DNA from: Candidatus Tagabacteria bacterium
GTDB taxonomy: Bacteria; Patescibacteriota; Minisyncoccia; GCA-002779875
Reading direction: 5' to 3'
NCBI GenBank assembly: GCA_963820595.1
Contig: CAWGAO010000008.1
Span: 9,857-73,856 of the forward strand
DNA: 64,000 nt
The notes beneath the pieces are model-generated. The model had not been told where the DNA came from, ran no database searches, and saw only the letters and a list, made by a program, of their open reading frames with translations. This document shows positions 7,845 to 17,731 of this stretch, in pieces; position 1 is the stretch's first letter, and every line of letters starts with the position of its first letter. The position numbers and the translations under genes were made by a program.

Positions 7845-8873
7845 ATGAAATCATTGCCCAACCCGTGGCATCTTAAGAAGAGCCCGGATAATTTATTAAA
7901 AGCCAGTTATATCGAATGGAAATATTTCAATTTTTCCGCACCCTCGGTTTCCGGAATTTTCGTTTACGCTATTTTCGACCCACTGAATATTACCAGCATC
8001 GGCGGCGGAAGAATGGTGGCCAGAATTTTCAGGGATAAAAAAATCTTCGGAGGAGCAAAACGCATCTCCATGAAAAAAATATCGGCTTCGGACAGCAGCG
8101 CTGAAATTAAAATGGACGATTTTGGTTCCATTGCCGTAAATAAAAATAATTACGTAATCAAGGGAAAATTAGGCGGCGTTTCTTGGAACTTGAAATATTC
8201 GCCGCTGGCTCAACCGATTCGGGGATTTTCCAACCTCGGCCTTGATTTTTTAAATCTGGAAAAGGCTTCTTGGGAAATAAAAATGCCGAAAGCCAAAGTT
8301 TCCGGTACGGTGAAAATCGGCAAAAAAAGATTTTCCGTGCGCTCTTTCGGATACACCGATGCCAACTGGGGAAATTTTATTCCCATTACCGCCAAATTTA
8401 ACTGGGCTCAATATAATGACGGCAAAATCAGCATTGTGGCGGGTGAAACGGAAAGCATGGAAATTCGCGGAAAGAAAATCGGACGCTGGACGAAAATATA
8501 CGTAACTTTTGGAAGGCAAAAAATAGCATTTTTGGGAAAAAACGTCAGTATAAAACGCGACAAATGGATGACGATTCCCGGCACAAACATGAAAGCGCCG
8601 AGCATTGCGTCAATTCAAGCTGAAAATAAACAATATGCCCTGCGCCTGGAAGCCCGAAGCCTTTTTTCTGACCCCATAAGATTCGAAATGCCTTTTTCTC
8701 TTCCTTTCAGGCCGGTAATTTTGGAACAGCCAGCGATATTTGCCGGCGCGCTATTTAAAAAAAGCGGTAGTTCTTTAAAACCCGTCTGCAAAATTAAAAG
8801 AAAGGGATTTATGGAATGCACGCTTCGCGAGATAGGATTTTCAAAAAAATTAAAAGTGGGAATTTTAGTCTGA
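7845..8873 (+). CDS. hypothetical protein (342 aa)
   Basis: long intact ORF, no motif recognised. Confidence 0.45.
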   Translation: MKSLPNPWHLKKSPDNLLKASYIEWKYFNFSAPSVSGIFVYAIFDPLNITSIGGGRMVARIFRDKKIFGGAKRISMKKISASDSSAEIKMDDFGSIAVNKNNYVIKGKLGGVSWNLKYSPLAQPIRGFSNLGLDFLNLEKASWEIKMPKAKVSGTVKIGKKRFSVRSFGYTDANWGNFIPITAKFNWAQYNDGKISIVAGETESMEIRGKKIGRWTKIYVTFGRQKIAFLGKNVSIKRDKWMTIPGTNMKAPSIASIQAENKQYALRLEARSLFSDPIRFEMPFSLPFRPVILEQPAIFAGALFKKSGSSLKPVCKIKRKGFMECTLREIGFSKKLKVGILV

Positions 8874-8894
8874 ATATCAGGAAAGGACGTACGT

Positions 8895-8960
8895 TTGACT
8901 TTAGCACGCCAAATTGCTAGAAATTAAGGAAGAAAATTCTTTGAAAAAGCCATCTCGAAA
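8895..8960 (+). promoter_or_regulatory. conserved promoter/5'UTR box P2 (TTGACTTTAG..CAAATTGCTAGAAAT..GAGAAAATTCTTTGAAAAAGG)
   Basis: five near-identical copies upstream of unrelated genes (8895, 10909, 12645, 14093, 14925). Confidence 0.55.
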
Positions 8961-8969
8961 GGAGGAAAA

Positions 8970-10396
8970 ATGGAAAAAAGCAGCCGTATCGAATTACCGA
9001 AAGAAAAAATACCCGTAGCTTGGTACAATATCGTTCCGGATCTTCCCGAATCGCTGCCGCCGCCGAGAGACGAGGAAGCATTGGGAAGATTAGTGAAAGC
9101 CCTTGTCGGCGAATGCCTGAAGCAGGAAATGTCGAATGAAAGATGGATAGCCATCCCGCCCGAACTTATTAAGATTTATGCCGAAATCGGAAGGCCCCGT
9201 CCTCTGACTCAGGGCGAGGAATCTCGAAAAACTCCTCGGCCTTAAGGGTATCGAGCTTTATTTCAAGATGGAAGGCGAAAGCCCGACCGGCAGCCATAAA
9301 CTCAACACCGCCGTTGCCCAAGCATACTTCGCTAAAAAAGCCGGCATCAAAAGGCTGACAACGGAAACGGGCGCCGGCCAATGGGGAACGGCGCTTGCCT
9401 GCGGAGCGAAACTGCAAGATTTGGAATCCACGGTCTATTGGGTGAAATGTGTTTACAAATGGAAAAAGGAAAGAAGAAAATTCATAAAATTTTTCGGGGC
9501 GGAAGTTTTCGCTTCACCCAGTCAAAACACGGAGGCAGGCAGAAAATTTCCTAAAGACCATCCCGGCTCTCTTGCCATCGCGATTTCCGAAGGAATCGAA
9601 GACGCCTTAAGCGACCCGGACGCGAAATATTGCCTTGGCTCGGTGCTTAATCACGTCTTGATGCATCAAACAATCATCGGCCTTGAGACAATAGAACAAC
9701 TCTCAATGATAGACAGGTATCCGGCCGATTATATGATCGCCTGCGTCGGCGGAGGAAGCAATTTCGGAGGCTTCTGTCTTCCGACAATCGGCAAGATTCT
9801 GAAAGAAGGGATAAAAACAAAATGCATTGCCGTCCAGAGCGAGAGTTCGCCCAACCTCATAAAAGGCGTTTATAGATACGACAGGGGAGACCACGCCGAG
9901 CTCACGCCGGAATTAATGATGTACACCCTCGGACATCAATGCGAGATGAAGCCGATAAAGGCTGACGGCCTAAGATATCATGCCGCAGCGCCCATAATCA
10001 GCTCTGCTCAGAAAACTCGGATTCATTGAAGCAGTAAGCTACCCTGCCGATGAAATACGAGTTTTTGAAAGGGCAAAAATTTTCATCGAATCCGAAGGGT
10101 TCCCTCTCGGAACGAAAGATTCGAAAAAGAATATCAAAGAAGCTCTTTTGAGGGCGAAAAAATTTCTTAAAGTGGTCACCGGCACAAGCAATATCCAGGA
10201 AATGTTCGCGGTGAGTAAAGATTTTATAGAAAACAAAATCTTTATTCCGGCGCCGGAATCGGCTTACGCTGTCGCCCACGCGATTGATAAAGCGCTCGAA
10301 TGCAAAAAGGAAAAAAAGAAGGCAGTGATAGTCGCCAATATCAGCGGTCATGGCTTTCTTGATATCGAAGCTTACCGGGAAAAATTAAATCTTTAA
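8970..10396 (+). CDS. trpB: TrpB2-type tryptophan synthase beta-like PLP enzyme, >=2 apparent frameshifts
   Basis: pieces: ...IPVAWYNIVPDLPESLPPP...; ...MEGESPTGSHKLNTAVAQAYFAKKAGIKRLTTETGAGQWG...; C-terminal piece ends ...ISGHGFLDIEAYREKLNL. Confidence 0.7.
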
Positions 10397-10397
10397 A

Positions 10398-10435
10398 TTA
10401 AAAGGCGTTTCGCAAGTTGCGAAACGCCTTTTTAT
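10398..10435 (+). terminator. rho-independent terminator (ggcgtttcgcaagttgcgaaacgccttttt)
   Basis: perfect 11-bp stem plus T-run. Confidence 0.7.
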
Positions 10436-10460
10436 TTGATTTGTAACCGCCCTGACGAAC

Positions 10461-10712
10461 TTAATTGTCAAACGGGAATGGCGAGACTGGCGCGCAATGG
10501 AGGTGGCATTCCGGACATGGCATCGTAGCTTGCAACACTCCCTTTCCTTTTGTTCGGTAAGGTAAAAAAACAGTAGTATCTTCATCCAGCGGAATACCCG
10601 CGAATGAAGGCGCATCTCCCTCTTGAAGCCGGAATTCGCAGCCGCACTTTACGCATTTTCCATACCATCCTTCAAATGGCCATTGTTTATAAGTAGCTCC
10701 GTGATACAAAAC
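10461..10712 (-). CDS. small Cys-rich (zinc-ribbon-like) protein, one apparent frameshift near start
   Basis: SD aaggagg + ATG at 10710-10712; CxxC and CPEC motifs. Confidence 0.45.
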   Translation of the reverse strand, partial: VLYHGATYKQWPFEGWYGKCVKCGCEFRLQEGDAPSFAGIPLDEDTTVFLPYRTKGKGVLQATMPCPECHLHCAPVSPFPFDN

Positions 10713-10904
10713 TCTTAGTCATTTTTTCTCCTCCTTTATTTTTAACATCTATTTTTAAACATCAAAAAATCCAAGACAAAAATAGCACATCTCCGCGCTC
10801 TTCGTCAAGTCAACTCGCTCGGGCGACCCGACAGCCTCGCTCGTAAGCACAGCCGGGAAAAATTATTGCCTGCCCTGAGCGCAGTCGAAGTGAAATCATT
10901 TTTA

Positions 10905-10965
10905 TTTGACTTTAGGGCACTAAATTGCTAGGAACTAAAGAGAAGAAATCTTTTCAGCCAAAGGC
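10905..10965 (+). promoter_or_regulatory. P2 conserved promoter/5'UTR box
   Basis: tttgactttagggcactaaattgctaggaactaaagagaagaaatc. Confidence 0.5.
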
Positions 10966-11034
10966 TGATCCGCCGTACTTTGATATTTTAAAAATAATGT
11001 GGCGGAGAAAATTTTAAAGAGGAAAGGAGATTAA

Positions 11035-12218
11035 GATGAGGGAAGTGGTAATAACCGGCGCGGTAAGAACAGCTATCGGTAATTTTCTCGGCGCATTGAG
11101 TTCTTTCAGCGCAACCGAGTTGGGAGGGCTGGTGATAGAAGAGGCGATAAAAAGATCCGGATATCAAAAAAGAGGATGTTGATGAAGTGATTATGGGAAA
11201 CGTCCTTTCAGCCGGACTGGGACAAAATCCGGCTCGCCAAGCGATGATTAAGGCGGGACTTCCAATGTCGGGAGGAGCCCTGACAATAAATAAAGTTTGC
11301 GGCTCCGGCTTGAAAGCTGTTATGCTGGCGGCTCAAGTCATCATGGCAGGAGACGCGGAAGTGATTGTCGCGGGCGGAATGGAAAGCATGAGCCGAACCC
11401 CTTATTATCTGGAAAACGCAAGAACGGGATATCGGCTTGGGAATGGAAAACTAGTGGACGGGATGGTTCATGACGGCCTTTGGGATGTGGTGAACGATTA
11501 TCCTATGGGGTTCACCGCCGAAATACAGTCGAAAAAATTTAACATCAGCCGGGAAGAACAGGACCGATTTGCTTACGAATCAAATCTTCAAGGCGATGAA
11601 GGCCATACGAGAAGGAAAATTCAAGGAAGAAATCCTCCCGCTCTCAATTCCGCGCGGAAAAGGAGAATTGATTTATTTTGAAATCGATGAGGGACCCCGC
11701 GACCCAGACCTCCAAAAGATGGCCAATTAATGTCCGTCTTTAAAGAAGGCGGCGTTGTCACCGCGGCAAACTCCTCTAAAATCAGCGATGGAGCAAGCGC
11801 TCTGGTCGTGATGTCGAAAAAGAAAGCCAAATCTCTGGGGATGAGGCCTATGGCGAAAATCATAGCACAGGCGGCAGCGGGCGTGGAATTGGAAGATGTC
11901 TTGGTCGCTCCGATTCAATCGATTCCGAAAGTTCTCAAAAAGGCGGGGCTATCTATCGAGGAGATCGATCTTTTTGAAATCAACGAGGCTTTTTCCGCGA
12001 CAACTTTGGCCGTCATCAAAACCTTGGGCATTGATAAAAACGGGTGAATATTCATGGCGGCGCCATCGCATCTGGGCCATCCAATCGGCGCCAGCGGCGC
12101 GAGAATTCTGACCACATTGCTTTACGCGATGAAAGATGGCGGAGCGAAAAGAGGAATGGTTTCTCTTTGTTTGGGCGGCGCGGAAGCCGTAAGTTTGATT
12201 GTCGAACAGATACCATAA
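11035..12218 (+). CDS. acetyl-CoA C-acetyltransferase (thiolase), at least 4 apparent single-nt frameshifts
   Basis: [21 protein letters not shown]...; ...[22 protein letters not shown]...; ...NVNGGAIA([13 protein letters not shown])... recovered only after frame changes. Confidence 0.75.
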
Positions 12219-12268
12219 ATAAGCGCCGTAAAAAATAAGAAAATTCTTTAGAAAAAGGGGGTTAAAAT

Positions 12269-12442
12269 ATGGAAGAGCTACGAAATCGTTTCGACGGCAA
12301 ACCTTGGCTTGGTTATGATGAAACAGAAAATCGTCGGTCAGGGGCCACGGTAAGTATTTTAATGTTGTTGCTGGTTTTTGTGGGGTTTGAGTATTTTCTG
12401 TGTGTAATAAATGAATTTCTTAAATTTTGTTTGACGAGATAA
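12269..12442 (+). CDS. small membrane protein (57 aa)
   Basis: SD aaaggggg + ATG; C-terminal hydrophobic helix; followed by terminator. Confidence 0.4.
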   Translation: MEELRNRFDGKPWLGYDETENRRSGATVSILMLLLVFVGFEYFLCVINEFLKFCLTR

Positions 12443-12454
12443 AAACCTTTAAAG

Positions 12455-12482
12455 CCCTTCGGGGCTTTTTGTTTTGGGGAAT
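12455..12482 (+). terminator. terminator aaagcccttcggggcttttt (copy 1 of 3)
   Basis: same stem-loop reused at 13047 and 14590. Confidence 0.65.
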
Positions 12483-12644
12483 TTAATTTGGGCGACTTAG
12501 CGGAAAGAGCTGGAACTCATTATTTCCTTCAATGCCCTCTTAGAACTTGACAAGAACTTTTGGCTTAATATAATTCATTTGAATCACGATAAGAGGCTAT
12601 CCAAAGGGTTTCGTCCCACGGCAATGCCTCTTTTTTTTATCTTG

Positions 12645-12700
12645 ACTCCCGGCTGTCAAATTGCTAGGAATAACTGAGAAATTTCTTTGAAATACGGAGG
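12645..12700 (+). promoter_or_regulatory. P2 conserved promoter/5'UTR box
   Basis: cttgactcccggctgtcaaattgctaggaataactgagaaatttctttgaaatacggagg. Confidence 0.5.
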
Positions 12701-12704
12701 CATC

Positions 12705-13034
12705 GTGAGAGCAAGAAAAACGACAAAGAAAGTTTCAGTCCGTAAGTCAGGAATAGCAGGCAGGGGTGTTTTTGCGGGAGAGGATATTAAAAAGGGAGAA
12801 TTTATTTTCAAAGCAGGTGATAATTTTGATGTTTTCGTTTTTTTAAATCACTCATGCCGTCCCAACGCGGAATTGATAAGGCAGAGCGAAAGCGCGTTAT
12901 GCGACAAACTTTTTGCCCGACGCAATATAAAAGCCAGAAAAGAAATAACTTTTGATTACAGAAAAACGCGGTGGAGTCATTATTATGACGAGATAGAAGA
13001 AAAAAGCGGCTGTTTTTGTGGCAGATGTAAATAA
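12705..13034 (+). CDS. SET-domain protein (putative protein-lysine methyltransferase), GTG start
   Basis: NHSCRPN motif, ITFDY, and C-terminal CFCGRC post-SET-like Cys cluster. Confidence 0.7.
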   Translation: MRARKTTKKVSVRKSGIAGRGVFAGEDIKKGEFIFKAGDNFDVFVFLNHSCRPNAELIRQSESALCDKLFARRNIKARKEITFDYRKTRWSHYYDEIEEKSGCFCGRCK

Positions 13035-13259
13035 AAAACCGTTCAAAAGCCCTTCGGGGCTTTTTGCTTTTGAGAATTTAATTTGGGTCGCATAGTAGAG
13101 GACGTTAGAACTGTAATCCAGCGACAGCAGGGGTATATTTATATCCCAGATTTAAAACCGACAATGATGAAGATATAACCTATCCTACCCCGCTACTAAC
13201 TATTTCAAAAGGACGGGGTTCGTGATTGATTTTTTAATTAAAGGCTCTACACTTTGGAT

Positions 13260-13883
13260 ATGAAAACATACGCCTTCATAGATGCCTCAAATCTTTTTTA
13301 CGGCGGCGAGAAAAGTCTCGGTTGGAAAATAGACTATAAGAAACTTTTGGAATATCTAAAAGAGAAATACAGCGTTAGCCACGCTTTTTATTTTGGTGGC
13401 GTAGAGATACATAATTTTGAATATGATTACCAAAAAAACGATACTGTTCCGCTCAACGAACTTGAAAAACACCTCAAAACTTTGATTAGTAATGAAGGGT
13501 CAAAGTTAAACGAAGCCGAGCTCTTACTTATCGGACGGCATTTACAAAGAGTTCGCTTTTACCAACGCCTCAATAGCTTTGGCTATAAATTATACCTGAA
13601 ACCAGTTAAACTCTATGACCAAGAGGACGGCACGACTAAGAGAAAAGCTAATTGTGATGTCGATATGGCTTTCCACCTTATGAAGGAAAAAGATAACTTT
13701 AATAGTGCTGTCATTTTATCTGGGGACGGAGATTTCTTGCCAGTGTTAAAATATCTCAAAACTAATAGTAAAGATATGATTATATTGGGTAGGAGCGAGA
13801 GGGCAGCTAAAGAAATTAAGCAATTTGCAGGGAGCAATTTCAAAGACTTTCAATATCTTAGAGAACGCCTCAAAATGGCCTAA
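13260..13883 (+). CDS. NYN-domain (LabA-like) protein, probable RNase
   Basis: AFIDASNLFYGG N-terminal motif and ILSGDGDFLPVL motif typical of NYN/LabA. Confidence 0.65.
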   Translation: MKTYAFIDASNLFYGGEKSLGWKIDYKKLLEYLKEKYSVSHAFYFGGVEIHNFEYDYQKNDTVPLNELEKHLKTLISNEGSKLNEAELLLIGRHLQRVRFYQRLNSFGYKLYLKPVKLYDQEDGTTKRKANCDVDMAFHLMKEKDNFNSAVILSGDGDFLPVLKYLKTNSKDMIILGRSERAAKEIKQFAGSNFKDFQYLRERLKMA

Positions 13884-14145
13884 AAAAACGAAAAGCACCC
13901 ATTTAGGATGCTTCTCACGTTTAGTATCTCCACTATAGCAAGCTGGTTTTTATTGTCAATATCCACTTTTACCCTACCCCGCTACTCACTATTTCTTCGG
14001 AGAAAAACGGGGTGGGCTACGGGACGCATTCAGAACCCTGGATTGGATACAGGTTAGGAAAGAGTTGGATGATTTCGCCTTGCATTTTGAACAACAATTT
14101 GCTATAAATAACTGAGAAAATTCCTTGAAAAGGAGGAAAAGATTG

Positions 14146-14562
14146 AAAGGAAAATATTTTTTGCCTTTTCGCATATCTAAAAATGTAAGCGTTGCTTCGG
14201 CTCCTTACCATAAGAAAGCGAGAAATATGAAACATTGCGTAGATTTTTCTATGCCAGAAGGCACATCTATTTTGGCGTCACGCGAAGGAAGGGTTATTCA
14301 TTGTGAAAGCAGATTTAATAAAAGTTATTCTTCTCCAAAGTATGCCGATAGATGCAATCGTATCATAATTGTTCACGCGGATGGCGATGAATCCGTTTAT
14401 GCTCATCTGAAATGTCATTCTTTGAAGGTAAAAATTGGTGAGTTTGTAAAAAAAGGACAGTTGTTGGGTTTGAGCGGACAAACCGGCTATGCGACTTATC
14501 CGCATTTACATTTCGGAGTTTACGATAAGAACGGGAAAAATAGAAAAATTGATTTCAGATAA
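14146..14562 (+). CDS. M23 (LytM-type) peptidase domain protein
   Basis: HADGDESVYAHL and GQTGYATYPHLHFGVY motifs. Confidence 0.65.
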   Translation, partial: KGKYFLPFRISKNVSVASAPYHKKARNMKHCVDFSMPEGTSILASREGRVIHCESRFNKSYSSPKYADRCNRIIIVHADGDESVYAHLKCHSLKVKIGEFVKKGQLLGLSGQTGYATYPHLHFGVYDKNGKNRKIDFR

Positions 14563-14603
14563 AATATAAAATTACGAGAGCCCTTCGGGGCTTTTTTGTT
14601 TTT

Positions 14604-14792
14604 GAGAATTTAGCCAGCCCCGCACAACAGTTTGCGGGATTTTTCACAGCAAGCCGCTTCGCGGGAAAGGGATGCGGCTATTCGCCGCCCGCGGCTTGCG
14701 AAACTTTTTATATTTTTCGTGTAATGTAATTTTTCAAAAAGAATGCACGGCAAACTGTATGCGGGGCACTCAATTTTGTAAACAGAAAATCG
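14604..14792. repeat. GC-rich palindrome-rich insertion splitting the duplicated boundary sequence
   Basis: gcaagccgc...gcggcttgc and ccccgcacaac...gcggggcac inverted repeats; flanks are continuous with copy at 13066-13110. Confidence 0.45.
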
Positions 14793-14976
14793 CATTCCGA
14801 AGAACGCTATTTTTTGAGCAAAATTGGTGGGTCGCATAGTAGAGGACGTTAGAACTGTAATCCAGAATCAAAATGAGTATGTTTATATACCGGATTTAAT
14901 TCCGCAATTGACAGCAACTCTTTAAGATGCTACGAATTTCTTTGGAAATAAATTCCTTGAAAAGGAGAAAAAAATA

Positions 14977-15291
14977 ATGGTAAAGAATAAAGCATCTATG
15001 ATTGTAAAGGCTCTTGGCCCAAAGGATTTGGAAAGTCTACTGATCGCGGAAAAGAAGAAAGCAAAGCGGGAAATTATAAAAATGAAAATTAACTCTCACT
15101 TTGTTGGGGACGACATTCACCCCGGTTATAATCATTATGCCGTAATAGACCCCCATGAAATTATCACGAAGGAAATTAACGAAAGCGATCTAAGGTCTAT
15201 CGTCCGAGCATACAAAAAAGCCGGCTGGAAAAGAGTTGAAGTTGAGCGTTTAGCATTAGGGAATATGGTTAGATTCACCTTTATACCCTAG
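14977..15291 (+). CDS. hypothetical protein (104 aa)
   Basis: SD aaaaggag + ATG; preceded by P2-like box. Confidence 0.45.
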   Translation: MVKNKASMIVKALGPKDLESLLIAEKKKAKREIIKMKINSHFVGDDIHPGYNHYAVIDPHEIITKEINESDLRSIVRAYKKAGWKRVEVERLALGNMVRFTFIP

Positions 15292-15402
15292 AAGATTTTG
15301 CAGTTCGCAATGGCTTAAGCGTAAATCCTTATAAAATAAAAATTATAACAAAAAGCCGCCTGGTTTTCCCGAGCGGTTTTTTTATTTTTCCAAAATCGCT
15401 TG

Positions 15403-15477
15403 GGTGCTCGATCGGACTTGAACCGACAACCACCAGGTCCACAACCTGGAGCTCTAACCAATTGAGCTACGAGCACC
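15403..15477 (-). tRNA. tRNA-His (GTG) with extra 5' G(-1)
   Basis: rc gives G-GTGCTCGTAGCTCAATTGGTTAGAGCTCCAGGTTGTGGACCTGG...GGTTCAAGTCCGATCGAGCAC; anticodon loop TTGTGGA. Confidence 0.85.
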
Positions 15478-15533
15478 ATAAAAACGGCTGCTTCAAAGCT
15501 TTCAAAATCCAACAGCTGTAAAATATTTACTTA

Positions 15534-15779
15534 TTAAGCTTTATAGACAACCGCACCTTCTTTTGTCGGCTGGGATATTTTTATCGCAATCTCGTCTCCC
15601 TTCTTTGCTTTCTCGATATTCTCGTGTTCTACTTGCATGGATTTCACTTCTTCCTCAAATTCCTCGTCGCCTCTTTTTATCTTGATAGTGTCGCCGACGC
15701 TGACTTTATCCGTAAGCTTAACCACTGCCACGCCGATTTTGTCGTAATAATGCGTTACTTTCCCGATTTCTTTTTCCAT
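15534..15779 (-). CDS. small beta-barrel-like protein (81 aa), hypothetical
   Basis: intact ORF with acidic C-terminal half; weak resemblance to EF-Tu domain-2-like small proteins. Confidence 0.4.
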   Translation of the reverse strand: MEKEIGKVTHYYDKIGVAVVKLTDKVSVGDTIKIKRGDEEFEEEVKSMQVEHENIEKAKKGDEIAIKISQPTKEGAVVYKA

Positions 15780-15872
15780 ATAATATATTTGAATTAAATC
15801 GTTATTTACGACCTAGCCTGCCCTGACTGCCGTCAGGCAGGCGGCAGGCAAACCATCCAAATTATAGCAAAA

Positions 15873-15912
15873 AAAATAAAACTGCGCCAGACCTTGGCTG
15901 GCGCAGTTTTTT
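15873..15912. terminator. bidirectional terminator aaaactgcgccagaccttggctggcgcagtttttt
   Basis: 9-bp GC-rich stem flanked by A-run and T-run. Confidence 0.7.
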
Positions 15913-15933
15913 AAAATTAAAATGGAGATTTGT

Positions 15934-16500
15934 TTATTTATTAAGGTACATTAAATTCTCCAGATCTTCATTCCGCATAATCAAATTATGGTCCAAGCGG
16001 AATTTCGATTCTATCCCCTTCGCTTCACGTTCCCAGGGACAATTCCAGAATGGAAACGGTTTAGTTAAACAATTGCAGTCGTCAAAAATGGAAGGTTTAT
16101 AGAAATACTGGAAATAATGCACCAGTTCGTGCACAATCGTCTCCTCCAAAATTTCTCCTTCCGCAATATTTATCTCATCTCTTACGCTTACATAAACCGT
16201 ATTTTTATAAAACCAGTAAAAACCGTCTAAGACGAGTCTCGTTTCTTTACCATCTTTTTTTATGGTCGGGGCAAATTTTTCCCCCTCCTTCTTCTCATAC
16301 AAAAACCGGACCTTTTCTTCCAGTAATATTTCTAATGCCGGCTGCGGGTTTTTGGAATCAATTTCAATGCCCATTGCCGCGGCGGTCCATTTGAATAAAT
16401 ACTGAAAATCATATTTTAATTTTTGCTCTTCGGCATATGCCGATGAAACTGCAAAAGATAAAAACAGGACGACAGAAATAATCCATATCTTTTTTCCCAT
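15934..16500 (-). CDS. secreted HExxH metalloprotease-like protein (188 aa)
   Basis: N-terminal signal peptide; HELVHYF motif. Confidence 0.55.
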   Translation of the reverse strand: MGKKIWIISVVLFLSFAVSSAYAEEQKLKYDFQYLFKWTAAAMGIEIDSKNPQPALEILLEEKVRFLYEKKEGEKFAPTIKKDGKETRLVLDGFYWFYKNTVYVSVRDEINIAEGEILEETIVHELVHYFQYFYKPSIFDDCNCLTKPFPFWNCPWEREAKGIESKFRLDHNLIMRNEDLENLMYLNK

Positions 16501-16654
16501 CTCTTTTCCCTCCTCCTTTTGTTTTTTTTATTTTGATTTCAAAGTTTTTTCCATTATAACATAGTGAAATAATTTGTCAATTTTATAGATGGATGCTTGC
16601 TGTTAAAATTACCCAAGAGCCCTTTGAAATCCAAATATACGGGAGGCAGGAAAA

Positions 16655-17368
16655 GTGAAGCACAGACTGGTAATTTTTGGATTTATTATTTTTGTTTTTT
16701 CGATGATGGCTTTCGACACATGGATGTTTAGTTTAGCCTTCGGAGCGGAAAGACCGGCCGATAAAACAATTATTCTCAATTTTGACGATGGGCCGAAGCC
16801 AGCTGTTATAAAAAAACTTCTGCCAATCTTAGAAACATATAACGTCAAAGTTTCTTTCTTTGTTGAAGGTGCTATCGCGGCAGCAAATAAAGAACTCATT
16901 AAAGAGATGCACGGCAAAGGCCATGCAATCGAAAACCACAGTTGGGGACACGAAAAATTCAAAAAATTTTTCCGCGAAAAAGGCGCGGAAGCCGTAAAAT
17001 CCAACTTGAATAAAACAAGCGAGGCAATTTTTCAGGCTACCGGCGAATATCCAAAATATTTCCGGCCGCCTTATTGGCAAATAGACGAAGAGATTGAACA
17101 AATCGTAAAATCTCTAGGTTATAAGATTATGAAAATGGACAATCCCGACATCAATACTTTGGATTACGAAGATGCCGATAAACATCGCTCGCCCGAAGTT
17201 CTTATTGAAAGAGTGAAAAAAATTATCGCCGACCGCGAACGCCAAGGAAAATTTAATCACGTTTTAGTATTCCATGAATTAATGATAACGACCGAGGCCC
17301 TAAAAACCCTCATTCCCTATTTTCAAAACCAAGGCTATAAATTCGTGCGCCTTGATGAAAAATATTGA
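16655..17368 (+). CDS. polysaccharide deacetylase (NodB-homology) family protein
   Basis: FDDGP and HSWGH motifs; N-terminal membrane anchor. Confidence 0.75.
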   Translation: MKHRLVIFGFIIFVFSMMAFDTWMFSLAFGAERPADKTIILNFDDGPKPAVIKKLLPILETYNVKVSFFVEGAIAAANKELIKEMHGKGHAIENHSWGHEKFKKFFREKGAEAVKSNLNKTSEAIFQATGEYPKYFRPPYWQIDEEIEQIVKSLGYKIMKMDNPDINTLDYEDADKHRSPEVLIERVKKIIADRERQGKFNHVLVFHELMITTEALKTLIPYFQNQGYKFVRLDEKY

Positions 17369-17399
17369 TAAAAACCGGCGGTAAAATATCGTCGGCTTT

Positions 17400-17640
17400 T
17401 CTTTTTCTAAAAATCAAGGAGCGTAAGCGACTATGATTTTTGAGAACCCCGCCTTAATTTTACCGTCCACATGTAATCTAAGTTCAGAGAATTAAAAAGT
17501 TTTATTTGCTTGTTGCGAGGCGCGGACGGCGAATAGCCGCACCCCTGCCTGCCGGCAGGCAGGCCTTTTGCGCGAAGCGCCGAGCCGATACATTGGATTG
17601 TAAAATTAAGGCGGGGGTGGATTTACAAAAATTTTTTCGC
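17400..17640 (+). repeat. mosaic module copy (palindromic unit with GAGCGTAAGCGA loop; arms ccccgccttaatttta / taaaattaaggcgggggtg)
   Basis: direct reading; not next to a translation gene. Confidence 0.55.
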
Positions 17641-17731
17641 GTGCTATTCTTTGGCCAGAAAAATTAAGCTGTTTGATCTTTGTAAAGCATAAAAACCTCA
17701 AAATAAAATATCAAGATTGGAGGGATTTAAG

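Noticed and set aside
12044-12238. 64-aa [22 protein letters not shown]...
   Set aside because: Wrong-frame read-through of the thiolase 3' end. The correct frame gives ...[18 protein letters not shown]... ending at 12218.
12455-14976. Integron-like cassette array with attC sites
   Set aside because: Each gene has its own strong promoter. No R'/R'' core sites in the expected geometry and no integrase.
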